Assembly (NCBI GenBank): GCA_049970055.1
Contig: JBMFNR010000002.1
Span: 180,406 to 244,405, forward strand
From: Fervidobacterium sp.
Lineage (GTDB): Bacteria; Thermotogota; Thermotogae; Thermotogales; Fervidobacteriaceae
Reading direction: 5' to 3'
DNA length: 64,000 nucleotides
Each line of letters starts with the position of its first letter. Position 1 is the first letter of the stretch. The notes below the pieces were generated by a model, which saw only the letters and a program-made list of their open reading frames with translations, had not been told where the DNA came from and ran no database searches. A program made the translations under genes and the position numbers. Shown here piece after piece: positions 27,974-38,948 of the stretch.

Positions 27974-29923
27974 TTGATATTACCATTCTCTTCGGTAATT
28001 ATAGGTGCTATTTTGATAATTTATCTCACACTTAACGTTCTTGACAAAAGTTCAGGAAATGAGAGGACGGAGAAGATATCAAAAATCATACAAATCGGTG
28101 CACGATCGTTTTTATTCCAAGAATACGCAGTATTTTTTCCGATAGTTGGAGTATTAGCCGTACTGTTTGGATTCACAACAGGATACAAAGAAGCTGCATC
28201 ATTCATAATTGGATCGTTTTTTTCTGTAATGGCAGGCTTTTTTGGGATGATGATAGCAACAAAATCAAACGCGCGTACGGCTTGGGGAGCTATAAAAGGT
28301 GTTGGCGAAGCACTCGATATCGCTTTCTCTGGTGGAGCAGTGATGGGGCTCACAGTATCTGTACTCGGTCTTTTTGGACTAAGTGTAGTTTACATACTTT
28401 TTGGACTACAAGCAGTTAGCTATTATTCTCTTGGGGCATCGTTTGTGGCACTTTTTGCAAGGGTCGGTGGAGGTATCTACACAAAAGCAGCAGATGTGGG
28501 CGCAGATATAGTTGGAAAGGTAGAGGCAAACTTGCCAGAAGATGACCCGAGAAACCCTGCTGTTATTGCAGACAATGTTGGGGACAACGTTGGTGATGTT
28601 GCTGGAATGGGTGCCGACCTTTACGAATCGTACGTTGGTTCAATTTTTTCAGGTATTGCCATTGGGTATCTATTGTTTGGTGACAAAGGAATACTAAATA
28701 CTCTATACGTAGTTTCGTTTGGTTTAATAGCGTCTATAATTGCCATTATATTTGTTAAAGTTATGTCGAAAATGAATGTTGAGCCTGCTTTGACATTGCG
28801 AAGTGGAACTATTACTTCAAGTGTGATATTCCTGGTACTTTCTCTCGCGTATTCTATAATCGAAAAAAATCTTAACCTTTTCTGGGTTGTTTTAATTGGC
28901 AATGTTGTGGGTGTTTTTATAGGCCTTATAACTGAATGGTACACTTCAGGAAAGAAAGTTGAAAAACTCGCACATTCTGCTGCAATGGGGCCGGCTAATG
29001 TTATCATCAGTGGTACTGCACTCGGTATGGAGTCCACCGCCGTTATTACGATTTTAATTGCGGTTGGTACACTTTTAGCATACAAGATTTCGGAGCTTTA
29101 TGGCATTGCGATGGCAGGAGTTGGCATGCTTGCAACACTTGCAATGAACTTGTCGGTAGATGCTTACGGGCCTATTGCGGATAATGCTGGTGGCGTTGCA
29201 GAAATGTCTGGGCTTGACAAGAGTGTGCGCAGTATAACAGATAAGTTGGACGCTCTTGGAAATACGACGGCAGCGATGGGAAAGGGTTTCGCAATAGGTT
29301 CAGCAGCACTTACCGCAATAGCCCTATTTGCAAATTTTGGATCAACAGCCCATATTCAAGAATTACATTTACAAGATCCAAAAATGTTTATCGGTGCGCT
29401 TATTGGTGCAATGCTTACATTTTTCTTCTCAGCGCTCACCATGAATGCAGTTGGTGATGCCGCAAACGATATGGTGGAAGAAATAAGAAGACAGATTAAA
29501 GAAATTCCTGGAATACTCTTGGGCAGCGCGGAACCTGACTATCAAAGTTGTATAAAAATAGCGACCAAGGGAGCACTTAAGCGAATGGTTGTTCCATCTG
29601 TTTTGGCGATACTTTCTCCAATAATACTTATGATTGGTCTTGGAGTACAATCAGTTGCAGGTTTATTAATTGGTGCAACAGTGACCGGAGTCTCACTCGC
29701 AATATTTATGGCAAATTCCGGTGGTGCATGGGATAATGCAAAAAAATACGTTGAAGAAGGACATCTTGGAGGGAAAGGATCATTTGCCCACAAAGCAACA
29801 GTGGTTGGAGACACCGTTGGAGACCCCTACAAAGACACAGCAGGTCCTTCATTGAACATATTGATAAAATTGATGGCAATAACATCTATAGTATTTTATT
29901 CAATCGTAGGGAGGTGGTTGTGA
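27974..29923 (+). CDS. hppA: Membrane-bound pyrophosphatase, likely K+-dependent Na+-translocating
   Basis: DVGADIVGKVE, DNVGDNVGD, DLYESYVGS, GNTTAA, GDTVGDPYKD. Confidence 0.93.
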   Translation: MILPFSSVIIGAILIIYLTLNVLDKSSGNERTEKISKIIQIGARSFLFQEYAVFFPIVGVLAVLFGFTTGYKEAASFIIGSFFSVMAGFFGMMIATKSNARTAWGAIKGVGEALDIAFSGGAVMGLTVSVLGLFGLSVVYILFGLQAVSYYSLGASFVALFARVGGGIYTKAADVGADIVGKVEANLPEDDPRNPAVIADNVGDNVGDVAGMGADLYESYVGSIFSGIAIGYLLFGDKGILNTLYVVSFGLIASIIAIIFVKVMSKMNVEPALTLRSGTITSSVIFLVLSLAYSIIEKNLNLFWVVLIGNVVGVFIGLITEWYTSGKKVEKLAHSAAMGPANVIISGTALGMESTAVITILIAVGTLLAYKISELYGIAMAGVGMLATLAMNLSVDAYGPIADNAGGVAEMSGLDKSVRSITDKLDALGNTTAAMGKGFAIGSAALTAIALFANFGSTAHIQELHLQDPKMFIGALIGAMLTFFFSALTMNAVGDAANDMVEEIRRQIKEIPGILLGSAEPDYQSCIKIATKGALKRMVVPSVLAILSPIILMIGLGVQSVAGLLIGATVTGVSLAIFMANSGGAWDNAKKYVEEGHLGGKGSFAHKATVVGDTVGDPYKDTAGPSLNILIKLMAITSIVFYSIVGRWL

Positions 29924-30925
29924 ATGAGAAGAATTGGTGTTCTTTCCGTGGGAAACGACTGTCCCGGTTTGAATGCGGCAATTAGGTCTATTGTTGTTAA
30001 TGCAATTGAAAAAGAAATAGAAGTCATGGGGATAAAAGATGGTTTTGAAGGTTTACTCCAAGACAAAGTAGATATTCTTGTAAGGAATGACGTCTCGGGT
30101 ATACTTCACAGGGGTGGAACGATACTTGGTACTTCGTTGTTTATTCCTGAAAAAGATGAAGATCTTGTCACAATAAAGAACAAAACTATGCAGTATGGAA
30201 TAACAGGATACATTATTCTTGGTGGAAGAAATGCAGTCAAAAGCGCACTACATTTGCAAAAGTATGGAATTCCGAGTATCATTGTGCCAGCGACAATAGA
30301 CAACGATCTATCATTTACTGATTTTTCAATAGGATTTATCACTGCACTTGAACACGTGACACAGGCGCTTGATATAATCCATTCCACAGCGGAATCTCAC
30401 CACAGAGTTATGATAGTCAAAACGATGGGAGCACCTGGTGGATGGCTCGCAACATTTGGTGGTCTTGCCGGCGGAGCAGATTTTGTCATAACAAACTCTG
30501 ATGTAATTAGTCCTGAAGAGTTGATAAATACGATCAAGAACAGATACGAAAGTGGTAAAAGATTTTCAATAGTAGTTGTTGAGGACGGAGTTAAACTTCC
30601 AGATGAAATACTAGATGAATGCAAATGTTCATACGAAACAGACCCTGCGGAAGTTATAGGATTGTATATTGAAAAGAAGTTAAATATAGAATGGAGGTAC
30701 ACAAACCTTGGTTATATCCAGAGAGGTGGAGTACCTGCCGCAATGGATAGAATTATAGCTACACAAACAAGTGCAAGAGCTGTCGAACTTGTAAAAATGG
30801 GCAAATTTTACCATGCAGTTGGAGTAAAAGGATTTGTTGTAACAGAAGTGCCATACAGTGAAACATTACTGAACGTAAGACCTGTTGACTATTACATCAA
30901 ACAACTTGCAAAGCTTTTCTATTGA
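29924..30925 (+). CDS. PfkA-family phosphofructokinase (divergent active site)
   Basis: DCPGLNAAIR, GGTILGT, PATIDND, LGYIQRGG. Confidence 0.85.
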   Translation: MRRIGVLSVGNDCPGLNAAIRSIVVNAIEKEIEVMGIKDGFEGLLQDKVDILVRNDVSGILHRGGTILGTSLFIPEKDEDLVTIKNKTMQYGITGYIILGGRNAVKSALHLQKYGIPSIIVPATIDNDLSFTDFSIGFITALEHVTQALDIIHSTAESHHRVMIVKTMGAPGGWLATFGGLAGGADFVITNSDVISPEELINTIKNRYESGKRFSIVVVEDGVKLPDEILDECKCSYETDPAEVIGLYIEKKLNIEWRYTNLGYIQRGGVPAAMDRIIATQTSARAVELVKMGKFYHAVGVKGFVVTEVPYSETLLNVRPVDYYIKQLAKLFY

Positions 30926-30984
30926 TATCTGAGTATATTCCTATATTTGCATAGTAAAGAAACTCAAATAACATAAAAAACATA

Positions 30985-31010
30985 AGCGGCTCTTTTGAGC
31001 CGCCTTTTTT
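30985..31010 (+). terminator. Intrinsic terminator
   Basis: GCGGCTC/GAGCCGC stem + T tract. Confidence 0.8.
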
Positions 31011-31374
31011 CTTCAAATTATTTATAAATACCTTCCCTACCAGTATAGACAGCTATCAGTGGCCTTTGTAATCACATTTAAATTCCACAAGCTATATAAA
31101 TAAACCTTCCTTTCGTTATGCGCTGCTATGTATTAAAATGTCAAGGTCATGCTAAATTATGCCAAATCAAGTTCTTCACAACGGTATTATAATATCTTTC
31201 ACCTACCTCTTCCTCTTATTGCATAAAGCCATAAAACAAAGTATTCACAAAATAATTGGTGAAAATTAATGTATAAGAATTAAAATTACAATTGATAGAA
31301 ATTATTTATCTTAATCGCTTGAAAATTGTAGTCTGTTTTTTCAATGAATAATGTTAAAATAAATCAGAATGTCC

Positions 31375-31386
31375 GGTAACGTTACC
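31375..31386. promoter_or_regulatory. LacI-family-like operator palindrome GGTAACGTTACC
   Basis: Perfect 12-bp palindrome with central CG, downstream of TAAAAT (31355-31360) and upstream of a sugar transporter. Confidence 0.6.
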
Positions 31387-31423
31387 AATGATCTTTAGAT
31401 ACTTAAAGACAGGAGGGGTTGTT

Positions 31424-32782
31424 ATGGCAGAACGATTGCCGACGTGGAAGAAGTGGATGTACGCTTTAGGACAACTAGGTTGGTCGCTAACAAGTTTTGC
31501 TATTGGAAATGCGCTTGTGTACTTTTACATGCCACCAGAGGGGGTTAACTTTCCTCAGTTTGTTCAAAAAGGTGCTGTGTTTGCAGGATTGACGATTGTT
31601 GGCCTTGCCTTAGGCGTTTCAAGATTTTTCGATGCTGTTACCGACCCTTTAGTTGCAACGCTCTCGGACAGAAGTAAAATGAAACTTGGAAGAAGGCGGG
31701 GATTCCTTGCTATTAGTGTTTTACCGTTTGCCCTTTTCTCTTTCTTACCATTTTTACCACCATCATCGAGTTTTTCTATTAATACGGCTTGGCTCTTTGC
31801 GACGGTGATCGCGTTTTATTGGTTCATGACCATGTATGTTACACCGTATTTTGCGTGGATGAGCGAACTTGGTCACAATCCAGACGAAAGATTACTATTA
31901 AGCACAATGATTTCTATTATGTGGGCGATTGGTTATGTTATAGGTACCCAGATTTATTTGTTTCAAACAATCTTAGAAAAAGCTGGTTTAGAACCGGTAA
32001 GGGCATTTCAAACAGTTACAATACTTTATGGTGTAATAGGATTTGTATTTATGCTGCTTCCAATTTTATTTATTGATGAGAAACGTTATTGTGAACAACA
32101 TTCAGTCAACGAAGGTGGACTTGAGGCTATTATCAACGCTTTTAAGGAAAAGAATTTCTTAGTCTTTGTCTTCCAAGATTTACTTTATTGGGTTGGGCTA
32201 ACAGGTATAAGCCTTGGGCTTGTTTATTATGTTACTATTTTACTTGGTCTTCCAAAAGAACAAGCTTCTCAGGTTCAGCTAATCATGTTCTTACTCTCTT
32301 TTGTTTTCTATGTACCAGTCAATATACTTGCGAAAAAGATGGGAAAAAAGAAATTGCTTATGATTGGTTTTATAATCTTTTCTCTCGATTTTGCTTTTGT
32401 TTCGCTATTAGGCAAATTCAACTTCTCACCACTTGCACAGAGTTATGTTGTCGCAGTGCTTTCAGCTATTCCACTTGCGATATTTGGTATCTTGCCAAAT
32501 GCTATGATTGCTGATATTGCTGAAGCACACGGAAAAGAGACCGGAAATTATAAGGCGGCAGTCTTTTTTGGGGCAAGAACGTTTATGCAAAAAGTGGGAC
32601 AGACAATTGCTGGGCTCATATTCCCATCAATATTTATACTTGGGTCTAATGAAGTTAATGAAGCAGGCTTAAGAGTTAGTGCTATCATCTCACTTGTATT
32701 CATGATCCTTGGATATGTGTTACTCTTACTCTACAATGAAAAGAGGATACTTAAGTTATTGGAAACTCCAATAAATAATTGA
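31424..32782 (+). CDS. MFS sugar transporter (GPH/MelB-like)
   Basis: FDAVTDPLVATLSDRSKMKLGRRR, PNAMIADIA; ~12 TM; AGGAGG RBS. Confidence 0.88.
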   Translation: MAERLPTWKKWMYALGQLGWSLTSFAIGNALVYFYMPPEGVNFPQFVQKGAVFAGLTIVGLALGVSRFFDAVTDPLVATLSDRSKMKLGRRRGFLAISVLPFALFSFLPFLPPSSSFSINTAWLFATVIAFYWFMTMYVTPYFAWMSELGHNPDERLLLSTMISIMWAIGYVIGTQIYLFQTILEKAGLEPVRAFQTVTILYGVIGFVFMLLPILFIDEKRYCEQHSVNEGGLEAIINAFKEKNFLVFVFQDLLYWVGLTGISLGLVYYVTILLGLPKEQASQVQLIMFLLSFVFYVPVNILAKKMGKKKLLMIGFIIFSLDFAFVSLLGKFNFSPLAQSYVVAVLSAIPLAIFGILPNAMIADIAEAHGKETGNYKAAVFFGARTFMQKVGQTIAGLIFPSIFILGSNEVNEAGLRVSAIISLVFMILGYVLLLLYNEKRILKLLETPINN

Positions 32783-32812
32783 AAACATCAAAACCTGTTT
32801 GGAAAGCTTGAC

Positions 32813-32843
32813 AAAAGGGTGGCTTTTTTAAAGCCACCCTTTT
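32813..32843. terminator. Bidirectional terminator
   Basis: AAAAGGGTGGCTTT/AAAGCCACCCTTTT. Confidence 0.85.
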
Positions 32844-32855
32844 GCTTTTAAAGAA

Positions 32856-33428
32856 TTATCTAACGATTTTTTTCTTAACAAGCTCTATTAACCCTTTCGA
32901 GGGAATGTTACTTACCACTGATATATTTTTGTTTGTGTATGTTTCAAATTCGTTCAAGGGAAGAGCATTACTGAGTTGGAAGAACTTTTCATAATTTTCA
33001 AAACCTTCGTCGGTTTCGATTTCTGCTAAGTATTTTACTGCGACTTTATAAGGAACATCGATCTGAAGGAATTCATCTAAGACAACTTCTGCAGGTTTAA
33101 AGCTTAAAAAATACCTTATTTTGACTACGACTGGACTTTTCGATAACTTTTCAAACAAATCAGGCTGAGGACTTATAAGAAATTCTTCTTCTTTCCTTGT
33201 AAAATCATCGCCTACTTTTGATTTAAATGCAACAATCCATTCTTCATTACCTTCTTCATCAACTGTGTACCTTATTCTGCAATCTTTATTTCCGTCTTTT
33301 ACGGGACAACTGTCAAAATACCACTGAATTACGCCAAGCCTTTTTATTGATTTTCCTTCTAGTATTTGCGCGAGCTGTTCGCTGACAAGATATTTCTTTT
33401 CCCTTTCGATACCCATAATCATGCTCAC
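32856..33428 (-). CDS. CYTH-domain protein
   Basis: IEREKKYLV (ExExK), RIR, KIRY, LDEF, LAEIE. Confidence 0.75.
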   Translation of the reverse strand: MSMIMGIEREKKYLVSEQLAQILEGKSIKRLGVIQWYFDSCPVKDGNKDCRIRYTVDEEGNEEWIVAFKSKVGDDFTRKEEEFLISPQPDLFEKLSKSPVVVKIRYFLSFKPAEVVLDEFLQIDVPYKVAVKYLAEIETDEGFENYEKFFQLSNALPLNEFETYTNKNISVVSNIPSKGLIELVKKKIVR

Positions 33429-33470
33429 CTTATACTCTGATTATGTTATTCACTTGTTGGATTACTATCG

Positions 33471-33677
33471 CTATTGTATTATCGCTTGCTCTATTGGATA
33501 ATCTATTTCTTCGAGCTTTTTAACCACTCTTTCGATATTCTCTGTGTCTATGATTACCTCTTTTTGCGCAACCCTAACTTCAAAATCTGTCTCACCAATT
33601 TCTTCAAGTGCTTTTATGATTCTCATCTTGCAATGATTACAAGAAATATCTGGTACTTTCAAAAGGTATCTTGCCAT
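33471..33677 (-). CDS. copZ: Copper chaperone (HMA domain)
   Basis: VPDISCNHC; directly downstream of copA. Confidence 0.88.
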   Translation of the reverse strand: MARYLLKVPDISCNHCKMRIIKALEEIGETDFEVRVAQKEVIIDTENIERVVKKLEEIDYPIEQAIIQ

Positions 33678-33702
33678 AATATGCACCATCCTTTCTTTCA
33701 TT

Positions 33703-35880
33703 CTAAGAACAACAAGAATTTCCTTTATGCTTTCTTATTTTTAGTGAGTTTAAGATTACAGTAATTGAACTCATCGCCATCGCACCTTCGGCGATAGCTG
33801 GGTGTAAAAACCCTGCCATCGCCAAAGGTATCGCAAGTACATTGTAAAAAAACGCAAACAATAAATTCGTCTTAATAGCTTTGAAAGTCAATTTTGATAT
33901 TTCAATTGCTTCAACAACTTTGGAAATTCCACCGTTTGTTATAATTATGTCAGCATTATCAATAGCCAAGTCACTTCCACTTCCAATGGCTATACCGATG
34001 TCGGCACTTTTCAAAGCCGCAGCGTCGTTAATTCCATCTCCAACCATTATAACCTTTTTTCCTTTAGCTTGGAACCTTCTTACTATATCAAGTTTTTCAT
34101 CTGGCTTCACGTTTGCAAATATCTCACTTATTCCAAGCGTCGTTGCAACGTGCTGTGCTGTTTTTTCATTGTCCCCCGTCACCATTACCGGGATGATGTT
34201 CATGTTTTTCAATGCATAAACTGCACCTTTTGAATCCTTTCTTACCGTATCCTGAATTGCAAAAAAGCCAACAATTTCGTCATTTTTCCTAATTTCAACA
34301 ATTGAGCTTCCTTTAGTTATATACTCTTCATACAATGCTGTGTCAACTGGTTTTCCAATAAAATATATGTCCGTTTTTATTTTTGCTTTAAGGCCTTGTC
34401 CATGTAACTCTTCAAAGTCCTCTATTTCACTAGACCCCTGAACATCAAAGTCTTTTAAATATTCAACAATGGCTTTAGCGAGTGGGTGCACCGATAAACT
34501 TTCTACACTCAAAATTTTTCCAACTTCCTCTTCTGGTACGTTTGAATAAACAACTCGTGGTTTTCCTTCTGTCAATGTTCCTGTCTTATCAAACAATACG
34601 AAACCCACATCTTTTGCTGTCTGTATTGCTTCTGCGTTTCTTATTAAAAGCCCTTTTTTCGCTGCTAAAGATGTTCCTACTATAAGTGCCATAGGTGTTG
34701 CAAGGCCAAGTGCACAAGGGCACGCAATAACCACGGTTGTTAGAAAAACGAAAATAGCAAAAGAAAGAGGATCTGACGTATGTAAGGTCCAGGGAAGCGC
34801 ATTTCTTATCGAGTGAGTAATCATGCTTAGTTTGTCGAAATTTAAATACCAGACCAATCCACTAAGTATGGCAAGTGCAACTATTGTGGGTACAAACCAA
34901 TTAGTTATCCTATCAGCTAAAGCCTGTATCGGTACCTTTGCACCTTGTACTTCCTGTATTAAATTAACCATCTTAGATAAAAATGTGTCTTCACCGACTT
35001 TGGTAACCTTAACTTTTATTACTCCTGTCAAGTTAAGCGATCCACCAACTACTTCATCGTTTACTTCTTTCATAACAGGAAGAGATTCTCCCGTAATCAT
35101 CGATTCATCAACAGATGTGTTTCCATCAATTATTATTCCATCCACGGGTATTCGTTCACCAGGTTTTACAAGGACAATAAACCCTTCTTTTACTGCTTCT
35201 GTTGGAATTAAAAGCTCACCTTTATCAGTCAAAACAACGACTTCTTTTGCCTGTAAATTTATAAGCTCTCTTACCTGTTTAGATGCTCGATCCCTTAAGT
35301 ATGATTCTATATATCTTCCAAGCAAGTGGAGTGAAACAATCATTGCTCCGATTGTTCCAAAAGGGTGTATATTTACACCTAAAAACGTAAGAATATTTGT
35401 TACCCATGCGGTTACAGAGCCAAAGAGTATCAACGTATCCATATTCGAATGCTTATGAATTAACGCAATTGTTGCACCTTTTATTGTTCCGCTTCCGGTG
35501 TAAAAAATGACTATACCAGCAAATATTAACTCTACTTCTCTAAAATATGGTATATTAAAACCATTCATGTGTAAAAACATTGCAATCATCAGAGGAATCG
35601 TTATACTCAGAGATAGAATCATGTTCCTCTTAGTTATTCTGAGTCTTTTTTCTTCTATTTCCTCGACAGGTTCATTTGATACACCATACCCAACATTTTC
35701 AACAGCTTTTATCAACGTATCCTCATCAACTTCTTTTTCGAGCACAACGAATGCAGTATTCGTAGCGAGATTAACGGCTGCAAATTTCACCCCGCTAACT
35801 TTCGATAAGGACTTTTCTACAATTCTTGCACAATTTGCACATGTCATGCCAGTTATTTTCAGAGTCTTCTTGACTCCCAT
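33703..35880 (-). CDS. copA: Cu(I)-translocating P1B-type ATPase
   Basis: GMTCANC, TGES, CPC, DKTGT, HP, GDGIND, YN, MAMSS. Confidence 0.95.
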   Translation of the reverse strand: MGVKKTLKITGMTCANCARIVEKSLSKVSGVKFAAVNLATNTAFVVLEKEVDEDTLIKAVENVGYGVSNEPVEEIEEKRLRITKRNMILSLSITIPLMIAMFLHMNGFNIPYFREVELIFAGIVIFYTGSGTIKGATIALIHKHSNMDTLILFGSVTAWVTNILTFLGVNIHPFGTIGAMIVSLHLLGRYIESYLRDRASKQVRELINLQAKEVVVLTDKGELLIPTEAVKEGFIVLVKPGERIPVDGIIIDGNTSVDESMITGESLPVMKEVNDEVVGGSLNLTGVIKVKVTKVGEDTFLSKMVNLIQEVQGAKVPIQALADRITNWFVPTIVALAILSGLVWYLNFDKLSMITHSIRNALPWTLHTSDPLSFAIFVFLTTVVIACPCALGLATPMALIVGTSLAAKKGLLIRNAEAIQTAKDVGFVLFDKTGTLTEGKPRVVYSNVPEEEVGKILSVESLSVHPLAKAIVEYLKDFDVQGSSEIEDFEELHGQGLKAKIKTDIYFIGKPVDTALYEEYITKGSSIVEIRKNDEIVGFFAIQDTVRKDSKGAVYALKNMNIIPVMVTGDNEKTAQHVATTLGISEIFANVKPDEKLDIVRRFQAKGKKVIMVGDGINDAAALKSADIGIAIGSGSDLAIDNADIIITNGGISKVVEAIEISKLTFKAIKTNLLFAFFYNVLAIPLAMAGFLHPAIAEGAMAMSSITVILNSLKIRKHKGNSCCS

Positions 35881-35990
35881 CACTTCACCTCTCATCTAAA
35901 ATTACCTCAGAAATGGGTAAATACAGTTACTAAATTTAGTATACCACTTCGCTTAAGTAAAATCAATAAGTACAACCTTACTTTTTGTAC

Positions 35991-37622
35991 TCACAACTGG
36001 CTTGCCGGGTAATATAGAAGGTCATTTTTCTTTGCGTAATACATCGCTTTGTCTGCTTTTTTCAAAAGTTCATCAAAATTTTGAGCATCCTCTGGAAAAA
36101 CAGCTACACCAAAATTCCCAGCTACGATTATTTTAACGTAATTATAAAATATATCTTTTTGAATTTCTTGACTGATTCGATTGATAAACTCTTCATATCC
36201 CTTGCAATCGTACATTAAAATTACAAATTCATCTCCTCCAACTCGTGAAATAAAGTCACTTTGCCTTATTGTATTTTTTAGTCTCTGAGCAACAACTTTT
36301 ATTACGTAATCCCCAATGTCGTGACCATAATAATCGTTTATAGGTTTGAAATTTTTTAAGTCGAGGAAAAATAAGCAAACTTTTTTGTTTTCTCTCAAAG
36401 CAAGTGAAAACATACGTTTGGCCTCTACTTCAAGAAACCTTCTGTTAGGAAGACCAGTTAATGGATCATGGAGTGAAAGATGTTCGAGTTGTTTTCTTTG
36501 CTCGTGTAATTGCCTTTCCAACAAGATGCGCTCGAATATTATACCAACCTGATTGGCAAATAACCTTCCTATATTTATGGAAAGTTCCGAAAACGCATTT
36601 TCGCTTGTAAAATTATCCAAGTTTAAGAATGCAAGGATTTCATCGTTTATAACTATTGGTATTGAAAGAGTTGATTTTATTTCAAAAATCTTTCCAACCG
36701 TCTTTAGTATCTCTGCATTTTCGTGAGTCAACGTGTTAATATCGAACTTGTCGAGGTTCTTGATAATCTGTATTTCTTTTGTAAATCCTTGTACGAGTTC
36801 TTCAGGTTTTAACTTCACATTTGAGAGTTTTTCAAAATCGAATCCAACGGAAGCAGAATAAACAAAATAATCTCCTTGCTTTGTCAAAATGCTTCCCGCC
36901 TGAGCGCCTGGAATAATTTCTATAGCTTTTTCTAATAAATTTTGATAAGTTGGTTCAAGTACCCCTTTAAGAAGTTGTTGAGTTAACTCAGTAAGTGCTC
37001 TCAGGGATTTTTCTTGAATTTTTATAACTTTAATGTTCTTTTGTTCGTAGTGATAAAAAGTTATAAGAGCTGAGAAAAGTGTGAGTAAAGAAATGCTTAT
37101 CCAAATCCATATATCCATGAGTGTTAATTTTGATTTGTACCTAAGGTTGTACAAAAGTGGTGGGCCTTTCTTCGTGATTAATATATTCTTTATATGCATG
37201 TTATCCAATAACCTTTGCGCAGGAATAAAAGCGATAGCAACCTTGCCATCCAATTTCGACGTTCTAAAGTTATCAAATATACCAAATTCACAGATGATTT
37301 GTGTTTCATCCGAAGTGATATGAAAGAGCGAGTCACCGTTGAAATTTTTGTTTTCTATCTTCACATTCTCGACTTCAGGGAAACTCTTTAATAAGTCTTG
37401 AATACTCTCAGATAACCATCGCACGTCGTTATTTGAAACTGCTTCTAGCATGTCGTCCCATTGAAAATAACTCACAGAAATCGCTCTTGCCAAAAGGTCG
37501 ATGTTTTTATTGAGAGTGAACCTAACAGTTTCAACCAACGATGTAGAATACAAATTGAATATATAATACGGAAGAAATAACAAAGCAAAAGCAATAAATA
37601 GCACAACAAAAAACCTTTTCAA
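35991..37622 (-). CDS. Membrane diguanylate cyclase (periplasmic sensor + GAF + GGDEF)
   Basis: Two TM segments, HDPLTGLPNRR, RQSD I-site, GGDEF; TTG 37622 after GGGAGG. Confidence 0.9.
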   Translation of the reverse strand: MKRFFVVLFIAFALLFLPYYIFNLYSTSLVETVRFTLNKNIDLLARAISVSYFQWDDMLEAVSNNDVRWLSESIQDLLKSFPEVENVKIENKNFNGDSLFHITSDETQIICEFGIFDNFRTSKLDGKVAIAFIPAQRLLDNMHIKNILITKKGPPLLYNLRYKSKLTLMDIWIWISISLLTLFSALITFYHYEQKNIKVIKIQEKSLRALTELTQQLLKGVLEPTYQNLLEKAIEIIPGAQAGSILTKQGDYFVYSASVGFDFEKLSNVKLKPEELVQGFTKEIQIIKNLDKFDINTLTHENAEILKTVGKIFEIKSTLSIPIVINDEILAFLNLDNFTSENAFSELSINIGRLFANQVGIIFERILLERQLHEQRKQLEHLSLHDPLTGLPNRRFLEVEAKRMFSLALRENKKVCLFFLDLKNFKPINDYYGHDIGDYVIKVVAQRLKNTIRQSDFISRVGGDEFVILMYDCKGYEEFINRISQEIQKDIFYNYVKIIVAGNFGVAVFPEDAQNFDELLKKADKAMYYAKKNDLLYYPASQL

Positions 37623-37933
37623 GGTTTCATCCTCCCTTTCCAATTCTTTTTTCACATTTTTCTCATTTGCTTGTGTCATCTCTATTATTGGCTTCACTAT
37701 TGCTTTTTTGTTTCTATCTAGTCCTACCGAGTTTGCGCTATCAACGTTCTAAGTCTGTTTCACGTATTTTAATTGGAAAATTTAATATTCCATTTTCCAC
37801 AATTTTAGTGGGGAATTACAGTTAGTATTATATCACACTTAAAAATTATAAAGAAAAACTAAAGGCAATAAGGTATAATATCTTTGTACACTTTACACAC
37901 TTTGCACATAGCTACTAACTTGGAGGTGGTCTG

Positions 37934-38863
37934 ATGATATTTACATTGACTATGAATCCCTGTCTTGATAGGTACATTTACGTTGATGAACTTGTCATTG
38001 ACGATACTATCCGAGCAAAGAAGGTTGTTGACTACCCTGCCGGAAAAGGGATCGATGTTTCAAGGGTAATTAAAGAACTTGGTGGAGTTTCAATCGCCAT
38101 TGCTCTCGTTGGTGGTGACACAGGAAGAAAGCTTGAAGAAATGCTTGATAGAGAAGGGGTAATTTACAGTTCGATTAGAGTACCTCAAGAAACAAGGATG
38201 AATGTAATTTTAGAGACAAACAAAGGGCAATACAGAATAAGTATGCCGGGTGAAAAAATAAGTGTGAAGAAACTTCAGGTTGTTTTGGAAGTGCTTCAAG
38301 CGCTTGTGAGAACAGGTGACATTGTTGTCATCTCAGGTAGTTTGCCGAAAGGTGTGGCAGCGGAATTTTACACTGGTATCATATTTGCATTAAAACAGTG
38401 GGGAGCTACAGTTTATTTTGACGCGGATGGTGATAAACTTAAAGCAGGATTGATAGGTCAACCAGATTACATAAAGCCAAATTTGCACGAGTTTCAAAGG
38501 TTAATAGGTAAGCAGATCACAACGGTGCAAGAGATAATTTCAGAAGCAAGAAAAGTCATAGATATCCACGAGCTGAAAGGAATTTTGTTAACACTGGGTG
38601 GAGAGGGAGCGTACTATATTTCAAAAGAAAAGGTACTGTTTACGAAGACAGTGAAAGTAAATGTCAAAAGTGCTGTTGGAGCTGGTGATTCGTTCCTTGC
38701 AGGTTTTGTTTTGAAGAAAACAGAAGGAGCAAGCGAAGAAGAGGCATTAAAGTGGGCCAATGCAGCAGGTACAGCAGCAGTTATGACCCCTGGAACAAGA
38801 CTTTGCAAGAAGTCCGATGTTGAAAAGTTGATTGACAAAATTGAGGTTCAAAGAGTAGAATAA
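37934..38863 (+). CDS. 1-phosphofructokinase-family (PfkB) kinase
   Basis: TLTMNPCLD, GKGIDVS, SGSLP, KPNLHE, VGAGDS. Confidence 0.92.
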   Translation: MIFTLTMNPCLDRYIYVDELVIDDTIRAKKVVDYPAGKGIDVSRVIKELGGVSIAIALVGGDTGRKLEEMLDREGVIYSSIRVPQETRMNVILETNKGQYRISMPGEKISVKKLQVVLEVLQALVRTGDIVVISGSLPKGVAAEFYTGIIFALKQWGATVYFDADGDKLKAGLIGQPDYIKPNLHEFQRLIGKQITTVQEIISEARKVIDIHELKGILLTLGGEGAYYISKEKVLFTKTVKVNVKSAVGAGDSFLAGFVLKKTEGASEEEALKWANAAGTAAVMTPGTRLCKKSDVEKLIDKIEVQRVE

Positions 38864-38886
38864 AAATGATCAAGAAGTAGTGAAAA

Positions 38887-38917
38887 AAACAAGGCTGCCA
38901 GTGGCAGCCTTGCTTTA
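38887..38917. terminator. Terminator between convergent genes
   Basis: CAAGGCTGCCA/TGGCAGCCTTG. Confidence 0.8.
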
Positions 38918-38948
38918 ATATTATTATTTATTTTAGTATTTATAAATT

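Noticed and set aside
30926..31370. Possible small RNA or ORF in the long pfk-MFS intergenic region
   Set aside because: AT-rich, with no stable structure beyond the terminator and no convincing ORF
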